NCBI GenBank assembly: GCA_043228905.1
Contig: JBHGNT010000004.1
Span: 4,154,001-4,218,000 of the forward strand
Direction: 5' to 3'
From: Azolla caroliniana
Taxonomy: Eukaryota; Plantae; Polypodiophyta
DNA: 64,000 bases
The position numbers and the translations under genes are program-made. Of this stretch, positions 11,259 through 25,098 are shown in pieces; position 1 is the first letter of the stretch, and every line of letters starts with the position of its first letter. Below the pieces are notes generated by a model. It worked only from the letters and a program-made list of their open reading frames with translations, ran no database searches and was not told the origin of the DNA.

Positions 11259-13013
11259 GTTGCCATGATTGTGTCAATTGTATAGGATGCAACCAGGTTG
11301 TTACTTTGATACACTAATGTGGCATACACTTTAGGAGGATCGATACTTGGTGTAGCAAAGATGTATGGAAGTAAGGATTTGAACTCATGACCTTTTGTGA
11401 TAGTCTAATAGCTTGCCCTACTTTTACTATTACTACAAATTGAAGTGCAAGGTTGGAGCCACTCTAAAGAGCCAATACGATGGCCTTAAGGGTGGCTCTA
11501 ATGGAGTTGAAAGACAATAACTAGCCTTCATCTAACAATTGTTGTCCTCTCCCTTTCTTGAGTCAGTGGACATCCACATAAGATGGAACTATCGCGTCCC
11601 TACAGGGAATTTGTATATAACACCGTCATCTGTAAAATTTATAACTAATGGAAGGAGTTTTTTTAGAAAAAAGAAAGAATAATTTACTACGTTCCCATTG
11701 CTTGATGAAAGTGAATTTCCCCTAATATTTAATGCTACATTCAATTATTTCCATTATTCGATGTATGTTCTTAATAATATAAGGTGCTTATTCTTTTTCT
11801 TAAATTTATGGTTCTGTTTCTGTCATGTGTTTAGGACTCAAGGAGCCTCAACTTTGACGTATTGAATACTCATATGTATAAAAATCTTCATTTTCTCATC
11901 TGAAAATTACTTGAATTGCATAATTGTAGTTACGAATACTCTCTCTAACCTAATGAAGTAGTATTATTGCACAATGTGTTTTGATGCAATGAATAGAGTC
12001 CAACTTCACCTTTATTTGAGACAACAAGATCCTTTTACTATATGGATAACACGCATTGACCACTTGCTACGATTAGGATAAACTAGCCATCAAACAACCT
12101 TGTCTTTGTCCAAAATGGAGCTTGCACATATGATTCCCAGGTATTCTCGTATTTAGATGATGAGGCATGGCATTGTGATATCATCTTGAATTGATATAAT
12201 TGGTTCTTATGTCATGTATTCCCCTAATCCAACACTAACCCTCCTAGTATTTTAGAGAAAAGTATCACTATGACTACTTGGGCTTGATGGTTATGGATAG
12301 TTTGAAGTCTTGATTTAAAAATCTCATGTGGCATTCATGATTGTCTAGTTTATTATCAACTCGTTGAGGTAGTTCTAGGTATTGTTATGTAATACAACAT
12401 TATCTCATTATGTCTTGTAATGTAAAAGTCCTTGTATTTAATGTCAAGCTGCAAGGCTTGTAATCACTTTTGGCAATCAAATTCATGATCAAGTTATTGT
12501 AATCCATATTAGAGCACTTCACTACTTATAATAAGAGAAGTTTAACAATAAATTGATTGAAGAGCTAATTTCCACTACTATGTTCACATGGTGGTGTAAT
12601 GATAAAGCAAGTTGAGGGTTCAACCCCCACTAGGTGCACTATGGATGTTTATGGATCAAATTCTCCTCATAAATTGTGGGTCAATCTAGAAGGTGCAATG
12701 AAGGGAAACACTCAACATTTAGGTCTTTGCTTTTTTTTCGGAGACCCAAGTTAGTTTTAATGCACATAATAAATGTAGGGTGTTTGATATAAGTACATAC
12801 ATGTTAATCAAAAAGTGGATGGATCCTTGTGCAAATGTTCAATATGAAACCCTATGTTCACAATGAACCTTGATATAGTATGATTCTTCCATGGATGAAT
12901 GCAACATGTTCCCACAATCTGAAAGCCACTAAATGAATGTTCTATTATCACAAATGGATGATTGCAATGTATATGTTTTTACTACTCATGTCAGAAGTTA
13001 CCAAACTAATAGT

Positions 13014-13297
13014 TAGGAATCGGCAACGTCTTAGTTCAAGCATGAACTGAACCATTAAACCGTTTTAACAGTTTGGTTCAGTTTAGGCTTGACCCTCCTT
13101 AACCGGTTTGGGATAGCTCAAGATGAACTGAACCAATTTGGGCCAAACCGGTTAAGGCTTAATCGGCTTGGCTAAGCCGGTTTAGATTTACAGGTTCGGT
13201 TCAAGTTTGGAAACTCCCAAACTAGTTTAGTCTTAACGGGTTTGGTTTGGACACGACCAAATTGGTCAAGTTGGATACGAACAGTTGCCAATTCCTA
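13014..13297. mobile_element. MITE, hAT-like (family 2, copy a)
   Basis: TIRs taggaatcggcaac / gttgccaattccta; internal aaccg/cggtt repeats; TSD not recognisable. Confidence 0.7.
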
Positions 13298-13774
13298 CCA
13301 AATACAACTGCTCTAAGAGAATCATTAGATTATTGCAATAATTATGGTTAAAGAAGGTTGCCCAACATATTAGGTCTAGAGTTCAAACAACATATGGTTT
13401 TGTATAATGAAATGTACTCCTTGATGTTTGTGACTCGGTATAGGAGGAATCCATGAAAATACATAAGACTGACCCAACCTCATAATACATTTGATAAGAT
13501 AAAGTCTTGAGTTAAACCTCGAATGCAGTTCATATTTTAGCATGAATGGACAAGGGCTCCAACTCCTGTCCAACAAATTTGATGTAAGAATGTTGCCGAG
13601 CATTTCTGATAGACTAGCATATTGATTGAAGAGGAACCAACAGAGGCATGTGATCCCAACAAACAACACTACATGTGATAAAAAGATGATATATTCGAAG
13701 CAAAACGCGAACCCGATTCATAGCCCGACATACAATAGATCAGTGCAATTGCGGCGCTGTCCAATGATTTTGTG

Positions 13775-13905
13775 GAGGAATCTAACAACGGTTCGGTTTC
13801 GGCATAACTGGTTTGGCCTTGTCCAAACCGAACCGAACCACCGAACCGTTTAAAAACGTTTGAGGGTTCAGTTTAGGCTTGAGCCGAGCTGTTGCCCGAT
13901 TCCTA
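13775..13905. mobile_element. Short MITE, hAT-like (family 2, copy b)
   Basis: Ends gaggaatctaacaac / gttgcccgattccta; 8-bp flanks attttgtg and gttttgtg (1 mismatch); aaccg/cggtt repeats. Confidence 0.7.
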
Positions 13906-14327
13906 GTTTTGTGCACAAGGTCTTGCTTCAGGATAGCACAAAGCTGACTAGGGTTAGGATTGGTATTAGTCAAGGAATTAGGGTTTAAGCTGGCTAGTTT
14001 AGGGTTTTAGATGAATTCATGTGAAACAATACATTTCCATTTCCATCTGTCTCTGTCTCTGTCTCTGTCTGTCTCTCTCTTTTCTCTCCGACAGTAGTAA
14101 AAAAAAAACAATACAATAACAAAAAGGAAAAAGCTCACTCAGAGAAGAAGGCGCAATTGAAGAAGCTTTAGATTTGGGGGAGAACTAAAAGGAAATCTCT
14201 ATCTCTCTCTCTGTCTTTTCTATCTGTCTCTTTGCCTTCTAAATTCTCATTATCGCCATAGCTCAGATTTGGGCCCTGAAAAGGAAGAAACTAATATTAA
14301 CAAGTAAAGTTTATCCTCCTTCACTTC

Positions 14328-14331
<4 letters not shown>

Positions 14332-14380
<49 letters not shown>
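14332..14380. repeat. (TC)n microsatellite in the probable 5' leader of the RLK gene
   Basis: Direct reading. Confidence 0.95.
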
Positions 14381-14385
<5 letters not shown>

Positions 14386-15278
14386 ATGTTCTTCTACCCC
14401 CCATCGCCATAGCTCTCTGTTTCTTTATCTCTCTCTCTATCTCTTGTTTTCCTTTCTGATAGTTAGGGTTTGCTTTAGTTTTCTTATTCTTATGCTGTTA
14501 GAGAAAAGGTGGTTATCTCATCTTCATCTTCATCTTCGCCATCATATCCTCTTCGCTTTTCTGCTGCCAGAACTACTACTACTCCCCTTTCTTTTTGCCC
14601 TTTTTGTCTTTTATATATTCTCGTTCGCTTTATACCTATAACAGAGGAGAAAAAAAATAATAAGCGAAGAAAGGTGGGTCACTGTTTTTGCCCCACATTT
14701 CAGACAGCTATCATCGCTCTGTAAATTTATCGTGTTAATGGGCGAAGCAAATAAAAAGAGGAACGAAGCATAATAGATATAATTGAAAGATTAACTATTT
14801 TGTAGTTAGCATTTCTGAAACTCTGTTCTTCTTGCAAGGGGAAGAGATCAGCATATATTAGAGAGACCCACTTCAGCTATTTACGTATAGTTTCAAATCA
14901 TTCATGCGGGTGGTTAAGTAGTAGAAAAATGTGCAGTCTTTTTTGCTGAAGAATCGATCATTCTAGCTTATTTTCCTGAACCTTCGTGATTAATTGGTCC
15001 TATTTTCAGTGGAAGATATCTGTATATATCGGTATATATCAGAGAGAGACCCACATTATCTATGTAAAAAAATATTCAAATTATGCACGCTGGCAATTAT
15101 GTGGTGAAATATCTAGTCTGTGTTATTGACGCTTAAGAGATTTCAGTACTTACATTTGTTAAGAGGAAACAGTTAGTTCTTATGATAGAAAGCTTTAGTA
15201 CTTGTTAAGAGGAGACATCCAGGTCTTCTGATTCTCTTTGCAGTGCAAAGAGAGAGAGAGATAAAGAAAGAGAAAGAA

Positions 15279-16077
15279 ATGGGTTTGATTTCCGATCAGC
15301 TGAACATGAAGGTCATCCTACAGGTTAGAACTTTTTCTTGCTACCAATGTTTCATTTTCCGTTCTAGTAGATCCAATTGTTCTTACCGTTTTGTGTCTGA
15401 TTGTTGCTCAACATTTGACTATTGAATGATTTAATTTTGGTTGATCTGAAGGCTTTATTATTTCATATCTGATTATGAGCTTCAGAGTTCACTTATTGTT
15501 CTCAAACTGCCAGATATATCAAGAGTTTCTTGAATTTAATTCTAGCAGATCTAAAAGGCTTTGTGATCCATATTTGCTTGAATTTGGCAAACATGTGGAG
15601 AATATTTGAACTTGGAGCTTTATGAAACATTTGAATGTAGTATATAGCTAATGGAGTTATATGGCATTTGAATGAATTACATAGTTGGGAGGAGCTATAT
15701 GGCATTTGAATGGATTGCATAGCTAGAGGTGCTAAATTAAACATGAATAGAATACAGAGCTAAAGGATCCAATGTCTTTTGAATGGAATACAAATGTAGA
15801 GGAGCTATATGCCACTTTGAATGGAATATGAACCCAGAGGAACTATATGTATTTTGAGTTTATTAAATGCCTTCCATAGAGATGGAACTCATTAGCATGA
15901 GCTTATGTGGATACCTGCACTTCCTCTTTCCAGATGTATGCTTGTGTGACTGTATCTTCTGAATGCTAACATTTGTGATCAGACTGATATGAGTAAATGA
16001 TTATCTGCTAGCATTATGCTGTTAAATCTTGTTAATCTGTTACACTATCCTGTTTTTTTTAGGATATTGCTCTATGA
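15279..16077 (+). promoter_or_regulatory. Putative intron-split 19-codon uORF (MGLISDQLNMKVILQ/DIAL*) overlapping the RLK start codon
   Basis: ATG at 15279, donor cag|gttag at 15323/15324, acceptor tttttag|gat at 16062/16063; TGA 16075-16077 overlaps main ATG 16074-16076. The splicing is inferred. Confidence 0.5.
15612..15858. repeat. Degenerate ~37-bp minisatellite (ggagctatatggcatttgaatg core), about 6-7 copies, in the leader intron
   Basis: The core recurs at roughly 37-bp spacing. Confidence 0.7.
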
Positions 16078-19000
16078 AGACGATGAGAGCAAAAGGATTT
16101 TTCTTATTGTACCTCATAATCCTTGGATTATTCAGTATCTCATGCTTTTCTCTAAGTCCTGATGGTATGTCGTTGTTTGTTACATACGTTTAAGCAATAT
16201 TGTAGATTGCTTTCTTTTAGGCTCGTTTTTGTTTTGGATGTAATCTCATGTTTGTTGTTATATGCATAATCAGGAGAATCATTACTTGCGTTTAAAATGA
16301 ATTTGAGAAATTGGGAGGAAGTGTTGCCTCAATGGAAGGACGATGGCCTAAGCCCATGTAATTGGCATGGAGTTACTTGTGACAGCCAAACAGGCCGTGT
16401 GGTTTCCCTGTAAGTTAGTGGATGCTCAAGGTTTTTCAAGTGATCAATTATGAATTGAAACTATCTAACAGAATTCTGTTAAACAGAAATCTTGCCTCTT
16501 CCAAGCTGTGGGGAAATATTGCAACGAATCTTGGAAATCTTGATCAACTGCAGAGATTGTAAGTTGAGAAAGTTTTAATGGTCAATTTGATATGCCTATC
16601 ATGAGGTATCTGTTTGTCTTTTTATGATCTTCTGATTGGACTGGTCTGTCTCAGGGCTCTTTATCAAAACAGTCTTTATGGTCCTATTCCTGCAACTATT
16701 GGCAACTGCTCTCACCTGAAAGCTTTGTGAGTTTTGTTGTCAATCTTTTCTTTTCTATTTCTAAATTTCGTAGTGTCTATGTTTTAAAGGTAAATTTGCT
16801 AACTTTCCTGTGGAAATGACCTCTTGGAGACCTATATTTAGTACTACAAGTCATAATGCCAAAACCTAGGCACCCTATAGATAATGAATAATTCAGACCA
16901 CATAATTGAGAATTCACATGGTAAAGCCATTTGTAAGAATAGATCATAAGCTCTTAGAAATGTGCAATCTATCAACGTTTATATATGCTACATTTCTTGA
17001 GGACATGAAAAGCCATAATAGTTGCATGGTTTAAGAAAGTTGGGGAAATCTCTATACAAATGAACACCTTAGAAAGGCCTGGAATGATATTTGAGAAATA
17101 GCGTTTGATACCAGTCAAGGATTTCAAATTTCATCTTAATGTCGTCCCATTGATTTTCTCAGAGCAGTTATTATTAATTTTCAACATTTCATGTAGAAGA
17201 TTCTTCAAGAAAATCCAGTAGTTTGATCCAAATATTTATGTTCATAAGCCAAGCATGCTATGTGCTCACTTATTGGATACTAAGTTCCCTTCATCTCTAC
17301 ATGAATGACTCAGCTGGAGCTGGATATTATGATTAACCTGATTCTGAGCTAATTCCTTGTCTCATGGGGTTGATATTTCTGTAGTAAAAAGATGAGCCGT
17401 TTAATAAAATTGCTTCTGCTAAGAAGGATGCAATTTCACACTTCTGAACATTTTCCTTCACAGACTTTTGCAGGACAATTATATAAGCGGAAAAATTCCT
17501 CTGGAGCTAGGTCAATTGATGGAGCTCAATATTTTGTAAGTGCATGCAGTGAAAACATTCAATTCCTTTGCATGAAGCAATTTATTGCTAGTTTAGTATT
17601 TATGAACTTCCTTTTTATCAGGGATATTTCAAGCAACTCACTGAGTGGAACAATTCCAGAATCTTTTGGAAATCTCCAGAATTTGACAAGTTTGTAAGAA
17701 CACCTTTCTCTTTTCAGGACTTAAGATATGTTGGAAATGTGAATTGTAAGCACACTATTTTGTAAGCATCAAGTACATTTGCTAAAAAATCAGATTGATT
17801 TACCACAGGACATAATCTGACCTTTAGGCATAGGGCCCATGATTTCTTCTAATGTTGCTTATCTGATTTTCAGCAATGTCTCAACAAACTTTTTGCAAGG
17901 TGAAATTCCTGAAAATGTAGTTATGAGAAAATTTGGACAAGATTCGTAAGTGTTTTTTCATCAACAAAGTAGAAATTTCTTTTATTTCATTAGTGGAGCA
18001 AACTCTAGAAAATTATGATCTAAATTACATGAAAAATATACAGGTTTATTGGAAATATGGCCCTCTGTGGTCAGCAAGTGGATGAAATTTGCAAAAGTTC
18101 TCTAGAAGGTCCTTCTATTACCTCCAATTCTTCATCCTCTCCATTAGGGGATCTTCCAAGGCCCCCATTTGGTAATGAGTTCCGCCCCATCTCTTTTCTA
18201 TCTAATGATTTGCTTTTTCTCTCCTCAAATTTTCTAGAATGCCCATTAATGAATCCTCACTTTGAACAGGTTTGATGAAGAAGCCATCCAAATTATCAAC
18301 AGAGTTATTGATTGGGGCTGTAGTTACAGTTGGTTTAATACTTTTCATTGCATTGATGTGTTTTTGGGGCTGTTTATTGTACCATAAATATGGGAAGAAG
18401 CAAAACTCCTATGACGGAAATGGAGAGGATGGTATGTATAGGTTTTTTCTTGGACCTTGTACTAGAATCTGTTGTTTGTTTAAGCTGCATAAGTGAGGTT
18501 TGGATAGTGAAAATTTTGAAGTGTTGCATTATTACACCAATGGCCATTACTGCTCTCAATTAATAATGAGGGAGGTCTGCACAGGGCACATAAATGAACT
18601 GTTTTGCTTCTCCTATTATATGTTGCCATGTCAATAACCCCTTGTTATCAATGGGTGAATGTAAACTTACACTAGTAAAAGACCCAAGGTCTTACGTATT
18701 ACTGACCACAGGGGGATGACTATATCTGATTGATCCTCCGTATTCACGTGTTTCTATTATTTAACATTGATCAATTACCAGATTTGGGATAATAGTGTAA
18801 TACAACATCCACCCAATATATGGTCTTGAAATGAATGGATTTAGGAAGGCCTGTCATTATTTTCCTATAACACGTGGAAAGGGATTTTTAGTTATGTGCA
18901 ATGATACAGTCTATGTATTGACGATGTTATTAGCATGTTTTTCTATCATTTGAAAGTACTTTTTATAGGATTCAAAGTCATTTCTATTTTGCCAGCCTAC

Positions 19001-22000
19001 TTCCACCATGCTGCGCTATTTGAAACCACCATTTCTATTTCTACTCCTTTGGCTCTACAAGGATGCAAATCAACATAACTAGGGAGTTTCTTGATGAATG
19101 TCCATATGTAGGACAATATTCTTACAAATCGAAAACACTTATATAGTGGTTTTTGCAGAATTACTAGCTGATGGACATTTTTGTACTTATAATATTTAAT
19201 TTTCTGATTCAGCAATATGGATTGCCTTCTTTTTATGCTATTTGAAGAACTCCACTGAGCTTTCTTCTCGTTTTCAATTCTATTTTTATGTTTTCAAAGT
19301 AGCACCATGTTCTGGATGTAGATACCTATGAATTTGTTATTATGCTTTCAGTTTGTTTTTTGTTTCCACGCGAAGATGTAGTATAATAGTTATCCTGTGG
19401 TGCTAGGAAATGTTAACATATCATATCATCACTAATCTTGTATTTCTGTAGGTGCTGCAATGGTAGTTATATTTCATGGTGACATACCCTACACATCAAA
19501 AGAAATAATCAGGAGGATTGACCAACTTAATGAGGCACATATAATTGGCCATGGAGGGTTTGGGACAGTTTACAAGCTTGCAATGGATGATGGGAGTGCA
19601 TTTGCTGTAAAAAAGATCGACAAAAGTCGTCTAAGTTTTGACCTCCTTTTTGAAAGAGAATTGGAGGTCTTAGGAAGCATCAAACACCGAAATCTGGTTA
19701 ATCTCAGAGGATATTGTAATTCTCCATCAGCCAAGTTGCTGATCTATGACTACCTACAGAATGGAAGCCTTGATGAAGTCTTGCATGGTAATCCAAAGCT
19801 TTTTCAAATTATTTGTTTACTCAAGTCCCAAATCAGGGTTTTGGTCCTGGGAGAAACTTATGCCATTCTTAGAAAAATAAACTTTCGAGGCTGTCTTATT
19901 TTTTCAGGTCATGACCCAAACAACTTAACACTAAACTGGGGAGCCCGTTTGAAAATCGCTCTAGGGGCTGCTCGAGGGCTAGCTTATTTGCATCATGACT
20001 GCTCTCCACGAATCATACATCGCGATGTGAAGTCTAGCAATATTCTGATTGGAGAAAATTTTGAGCCACATGTGTCAGATTTTGGTCTTGCAAAATTGTT
20101 AGAAGACAACATCTCCCATGTGACAACTGTCATCGCTGGAACGTTTGGGTATTTGGCACCAGGTATGTACATGTTTCACTGTACTAATATATAAAATTTT
20201 ATATGTAATTGAACCCAACTATTCTTCTGTATTGTCATGGACAAAGAAATATGCATATTCTGGTATAACTATGCTTGTAGATGGCAGACTATGTTTCTTT
20301 CTCTAAGCTTTTGAGCCATGCAAAAAGGGACTCTGTGAAGCTGCACTTCACTGGGTCGTCATTTTCACAACCCATATAAAGGATGACTCACTGAACTTGC
20401 AGTTTGATGAGTCATGCAGGCTTGTTGAATTGAGTGATACAAAAGATGACTTGTCAAAGTCAAAAATAGACTAACCAAGTGGTCTAGACAATCAACATTG
20501 AGGAAATGAGAATTTTCTGAGTTTTTACCATTGTTTTGTAGTTGCATTGCCAGTTTTCTTATCCTTTAAGCTCTGATCCGTTATTCAATATGCTTTATAA
20601 TATGTGTGTACAATATATCTGTATGTATGAATGTGTGTCTGTATGTTATAGTACATATACATCTGTGTGTGTGTGTATATATTTCAACTTTCTACATGCC
20701 ATTCCCGCTGCCTTTTTTTGTTGTCTGTCAGTTCATCTATTCATCCATGCTCTTGTCCCTGTCTCCATTTGTTAATTGTGTCCCTCGTCCATTGTCCCTT
20801 CTGTATTGTGTTTTCTTTGTGACTTGAATTTGCTGGTGGAAGTGGGTTTTTGAGTTCGTTGTTGTTGAGTTCTGTAACTGTGAGGTGCTAGAGGCCATGA
20901 TTCTCAGTCGATCTATTGTGGTGGAGCTTCATCTGATGGAATTTTGAGTGAGAAGTCCGCATTGGCATTCAAAGCTCAAAATAGGTGATTTGACTTTGTT
21001 TCTAGAATGATGCTATAAAGCAGAGGGAATAGTTTTTGGCAATGCAATTTTAGAAAGAAGAGACAGTTGAATTAAAATTGTTCATATTCTTTGCATATAA
21101 AAGTGTTAAACTGAAGCTCTTTCCATAGAAGCAATTGCTGAGAACACAAGAGAAGAGTTTAAAGCAGCAAAGATGAACCAATTAGAAAAGCAAAATGGAG
21201 AATCAGTAATTTCAAAATTTCATAACGTGTCTAGTCCACGTGTATACTAGTATATATAAAATAATGGGATTAACTATACCAGAAGGATGTCTATTTTTTT
21301 ATTACCATGGGATAAGTTGCTGAAACATAATTGAGAATTGGGCAAACAATGTTTTCTTCACATAGACGGAGAGGCCTCAAGAGATGGAGAGGAAAATCTT
21401 ATTATGTTAGGATTATGGATTTGCATTCTTGGTATTGATTGAAACAGCTTGGTATCTATCTATCTATACATCTATATATATAAATATAAATAAATAAATA
21501 CAAATAATATTGAATGCATGTATATATATTGTATGTATCCATAAATAAAAATCCCAAACAATTTGTATAACTAAATCTAGTATTAGGAATGTGTATTTAG
21601 AAACATTTTCAAAGTGTTGAGACTTGGTCTTCTCTCTATTCTGTAGAGTATCTTCAAAGTGGAAGAGCAACAGAGAAAACCGATGTTTACAGCTATGGAG
21701 TTGTTCTTCTTGAACTGATTAGCGGCAAGCGACCAAGTGATGCATCTTTTGTTCGGAAGGGGTTGAACATTGCTGGATGGGTACAATGAAAATAATCTCA
21801 TTTATCTACTAATTTCAAGGTCATTTGATGCCCTTCATTAAATTTGCTCTTTTATATCTGAATAAAAATAGGCAAACTTACTCAAAAGGGAGAAGAATCT
21901 ATGGGGGATTCTGGATCCTATGTGTGAAGGAGCTTTCATGGAAAGCTTGGAAGCATTGGTGCATATATCTACACTATGCTTAAGTTCAATGCCAGACAAT

Positions 22001-22084
22001 AGACCCACCATGCATGATGTTGTGAAGATGCTAGAAGCTGAGATTCTATCACCTTGCCCAAGTGATTTCGGTGATTCCGAATGA
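16074..22084 (+). CDS. FEI: LRR receptor-like Ser/Thr kinase, FEI1/FEI2-like (LRR-XIIIa)
   Basis: Exons 16074-16164 (signal peptide, LSPDG), 16274-16409 ([14 protein letters not shown]), five 72-bp LRR exons (16487-16558, 16655-16726, 17464-17535, 17622-17693, 17874-17945), 18044-18171, 18270-18431 ([12 protein letters not shown]), 19452-19787, 19908-20162, 21647-21780, 21872-22084. Motifs [43 protein letters not shown] and C-terminal SPCPSDF..S* match FEI. Confidence 0.93.
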
Positions 22085-23037
22085 AAATTGTTCATATTTA
22101 AAACATGGTAAAAACTTGTCCATATTTATTCATCATTCTTTTGAGTATTATGTGACCCCTGCAAGACCCGACATCCGGAAAGAGAATATGGCAGAGTACT
22201 TGGTCGAGGAAAAGTGTAACCACCCTCACCAATGCATGAGAGTGGCTTTTACTTGTATATGTATATGCATCATGTACATAGTAATTCTAGAGGAGAGTCT
22301 CCTCCATCTGAAAGTTATTTCATGTATACCCTCCATTAGGGATCAAAATCAGTTGGCATATAATTCCACTACTGAGTCCCCATTTATGACCTGGCTAAAA
22401 TGTGGCATAACTATTCGAAGAATATGTTGTCCCTTCTTGAATAATTGAAGTTGTGGTGTCCAGTGCAACTATTTCAAATGTTTTTTTTTATGTAGTCTTA
22501 GCTTTGGATTAGGTCGAGTTCACAAGAAATGGAAGGATACCAAACTAAAATTTCATGAAAGTGATGCAGTGAGGGTGCAGTATCAAAGTGAAATGTTTTG
22601 GAGTTTGATTTTATGATGGTATCTCGTTGAGGTTTCAAAGATAAAGGCAGTGAATGATAGTAACCAATGGTGTGTTTAGATTAATGTTGCTGCTTTCAAT
22701 GTGTAATTAATTACCAGCCAGTAATTGTGTGCACGGATAGTTTTTAAATATAGTTGTTTTCCTCTGAAATTTTTGAGGTCAAATTTGATGTTTGTAGTGG
22801 AAGCATTTTGAGTTCTAGCTGAAATCAATGTGCCCCTACATTTGAACAAAAATGTATCATATGGAAATATGTGGCTGTAAGTTTTGAGAAATATTTTGCT
22901 TGTACTCTGTGTTTTAATCTATTATCAAGTGACAACCATGTTCAAAAGTCATGGCTGTTATTTGGCCCTACATATGGCAAAAGATTATAGGCAAGCATGA
23001 ATATGTCTTACACACACATTTCTCATATGTAACCCCC

Positions 23038-23235
23038 GTGTGGCTCCATTCATTGAAGAGTTAATAACCAATCAAAAGGAAAACCATATAAAGGAATTTT
23101 GCTTCATCCACCCTCAATAGTAGTGGGCACACAATGCTGAAGTGGAAGCTTGAGGCATTCTGTGGCCCCATTCATTGAAGAGTTACTAGCCAAGCAAAAG
23201 AAAAACTATATGAAAGAATTTTGCTTTGCCAAACC
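23038..23235. repeat. Diverged direct repeat (~120 bp period)
   Basis: gtggc.ccattcattgaagagtta...aaaa..aaaac.atat..a.gaattttgct occurs twice (~23040 and ~23162). Confidence 0.7.
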
Positions 23236-25098
23236 ATGGTACTAATGGTTCACAATGGATACGTGGTAAAAAGGCCTCATGTGTAGAGCATGAACATTTC
23301 TTGGGATCACCAACTTGGAATGGTAAAAATATGATTGATGTAGCACAAGTGGGTTGGGCCATCAAGTAGTTCCTTGTTCAAAGTATTTGGTAGTAACCCA
23401 ATAGAGAAATGAGATGATTGTGAAAAGAGAATTTCCCATTGAATTTGTGAATATTTTGGGTTATCATCAAGTGTCTTGTAATATGAAGTTTGAGATTGTT
23501 GACATAACATGTCTACATCACCCACAACATAAATTGTATATAGGTAAAATCAAATGCAATGCATCAAACCCATGCATGTGACTCAAACTGAGAAAATAGT
23601 GACAAAAATGTAGTGAGTGAAACGTATCTGCTTAATCTTGAACCTTTTACTAATCAATCTCACATCAAATGTGTTGGCTAATCCCTTCATGTTATGAGTG
23701 GAATGAATTGTCATTTTACTTGGAGAATGCTTAAAGAGAAACCTCAATTGATTCAATTGTGATTAGACATAAAGAAGTGTATTGAGATACTACATATAAA
23801 TAAATAAATGTGAGTAGGAAGGGGCAAAGCATAAGGTGTAACTTGTTTGAAGTAAAGGTTTGAGCCATACAAAGATCGTATATACCATACCAATTGTATC
23901 TTGCATTTTTTACCCATGCTTGCAATTGATCTAATGTTCTAATGGATGTACCTCAATTTTTACTATTCTTATATTATATTTGAATGTTCACGATGCCATA
24001 AGCTTTCATGTGATTTTTTATGTACACATTTTGTTTCTAGTGTCAAAATCACCACATATGGTTAAAGCCTAAAGGTTGTATACCCATTACAAAGATGCCA
24101 TTATACTCTTTAGAAAACATAATAATGCATTCAAAATTTATAGATTTATGAGTTAGAAGAACATAAACTATATACCTTATGAGACATTATTTATATACAT
24201 AACCTTAAGTGGTATACATAAATTGGTCCTTCAGTTCAATGACTATGTCGTACTTTACATTTAGTAGTTATGGATAAAGATGATTCATACTTTTTCCAAT
24301 ACCAATTCTTTCTTTCAATCTCTAACTGATTCCCAATATTAGCTTATGTATTTGGCAAAAGGAAGACTTGTCTTCTACGCCCTTACAACAATATCTACCA
24401 CACAAGATGAAGGATTAATTACGAACATACTCCTATTAAGAAGCTGAAGTAAGACCAATTCTAGAGAAGTGCATGACTTGGGTAGCTCATGGTTGAAAAC
24501 AAATCTAGGTATATATTACTCATATTGTTCTCTAAGTATAAAAAAAGATGGTGATGTCCACAATGAGTACATTGGCCTATCCCCAATTCAACATTAAAGC
24601 CAAGGCTCTGTATTGGGCTCGTATATTCCTCATATTATTCTCTATGTATCAAAGAAGATGGCAATGTCCTCAACTAGCCTATCCCCTTTCAACAATAAGG
24701 CCCGGGCTCCGCATTGGGCCCAAATGCGAGGACATGATGGAGAAGGTAATGGAAATGGGCGGCAAAGCAACAAGTTGTTCCGAGTTCTTGTCTAATAAAA
24801 CAAATGTGTGTGTGTGTGTATGTTGGCATGATGGGCAGCCAACTTATTTGTGTGCATTGAGTGTCCAAACAAGAACACTTTTGTGATACATATAGATTTG
24901 CCCAAGAGATATATGTCAAAAAAAAAAAGGAGTCACGGGTGAGCTACCCAGTGAGAGAGAGAGAGAGAGAGACAAAGAAAGAGATCAAGAGGTAACTAAA
25001 TGTTAGCAACTTCTAGTCTCTTGCAGAGTAAGGAGAGAAGGAGAGACAGAGACAGAGGAATATATAATAATTCTGGTAAATTGTAATAATAGCCCATA

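Noticed and set aside
11452-11501. Imperfect hairpin as a miRNA precursor
   Set aside because: The stem is short and mismatched with no known mature sequence; more likely a MITE remnant.
12588-12640. tRNA gene or SINE (A-box tggtgtaatgat, B-box-like ggttcaaccc); similar B-box on the minus strand near 11375-11395
   Set aside because: No cloverleaf, tail or TSD can be shown; at best decayed SINE remnants.
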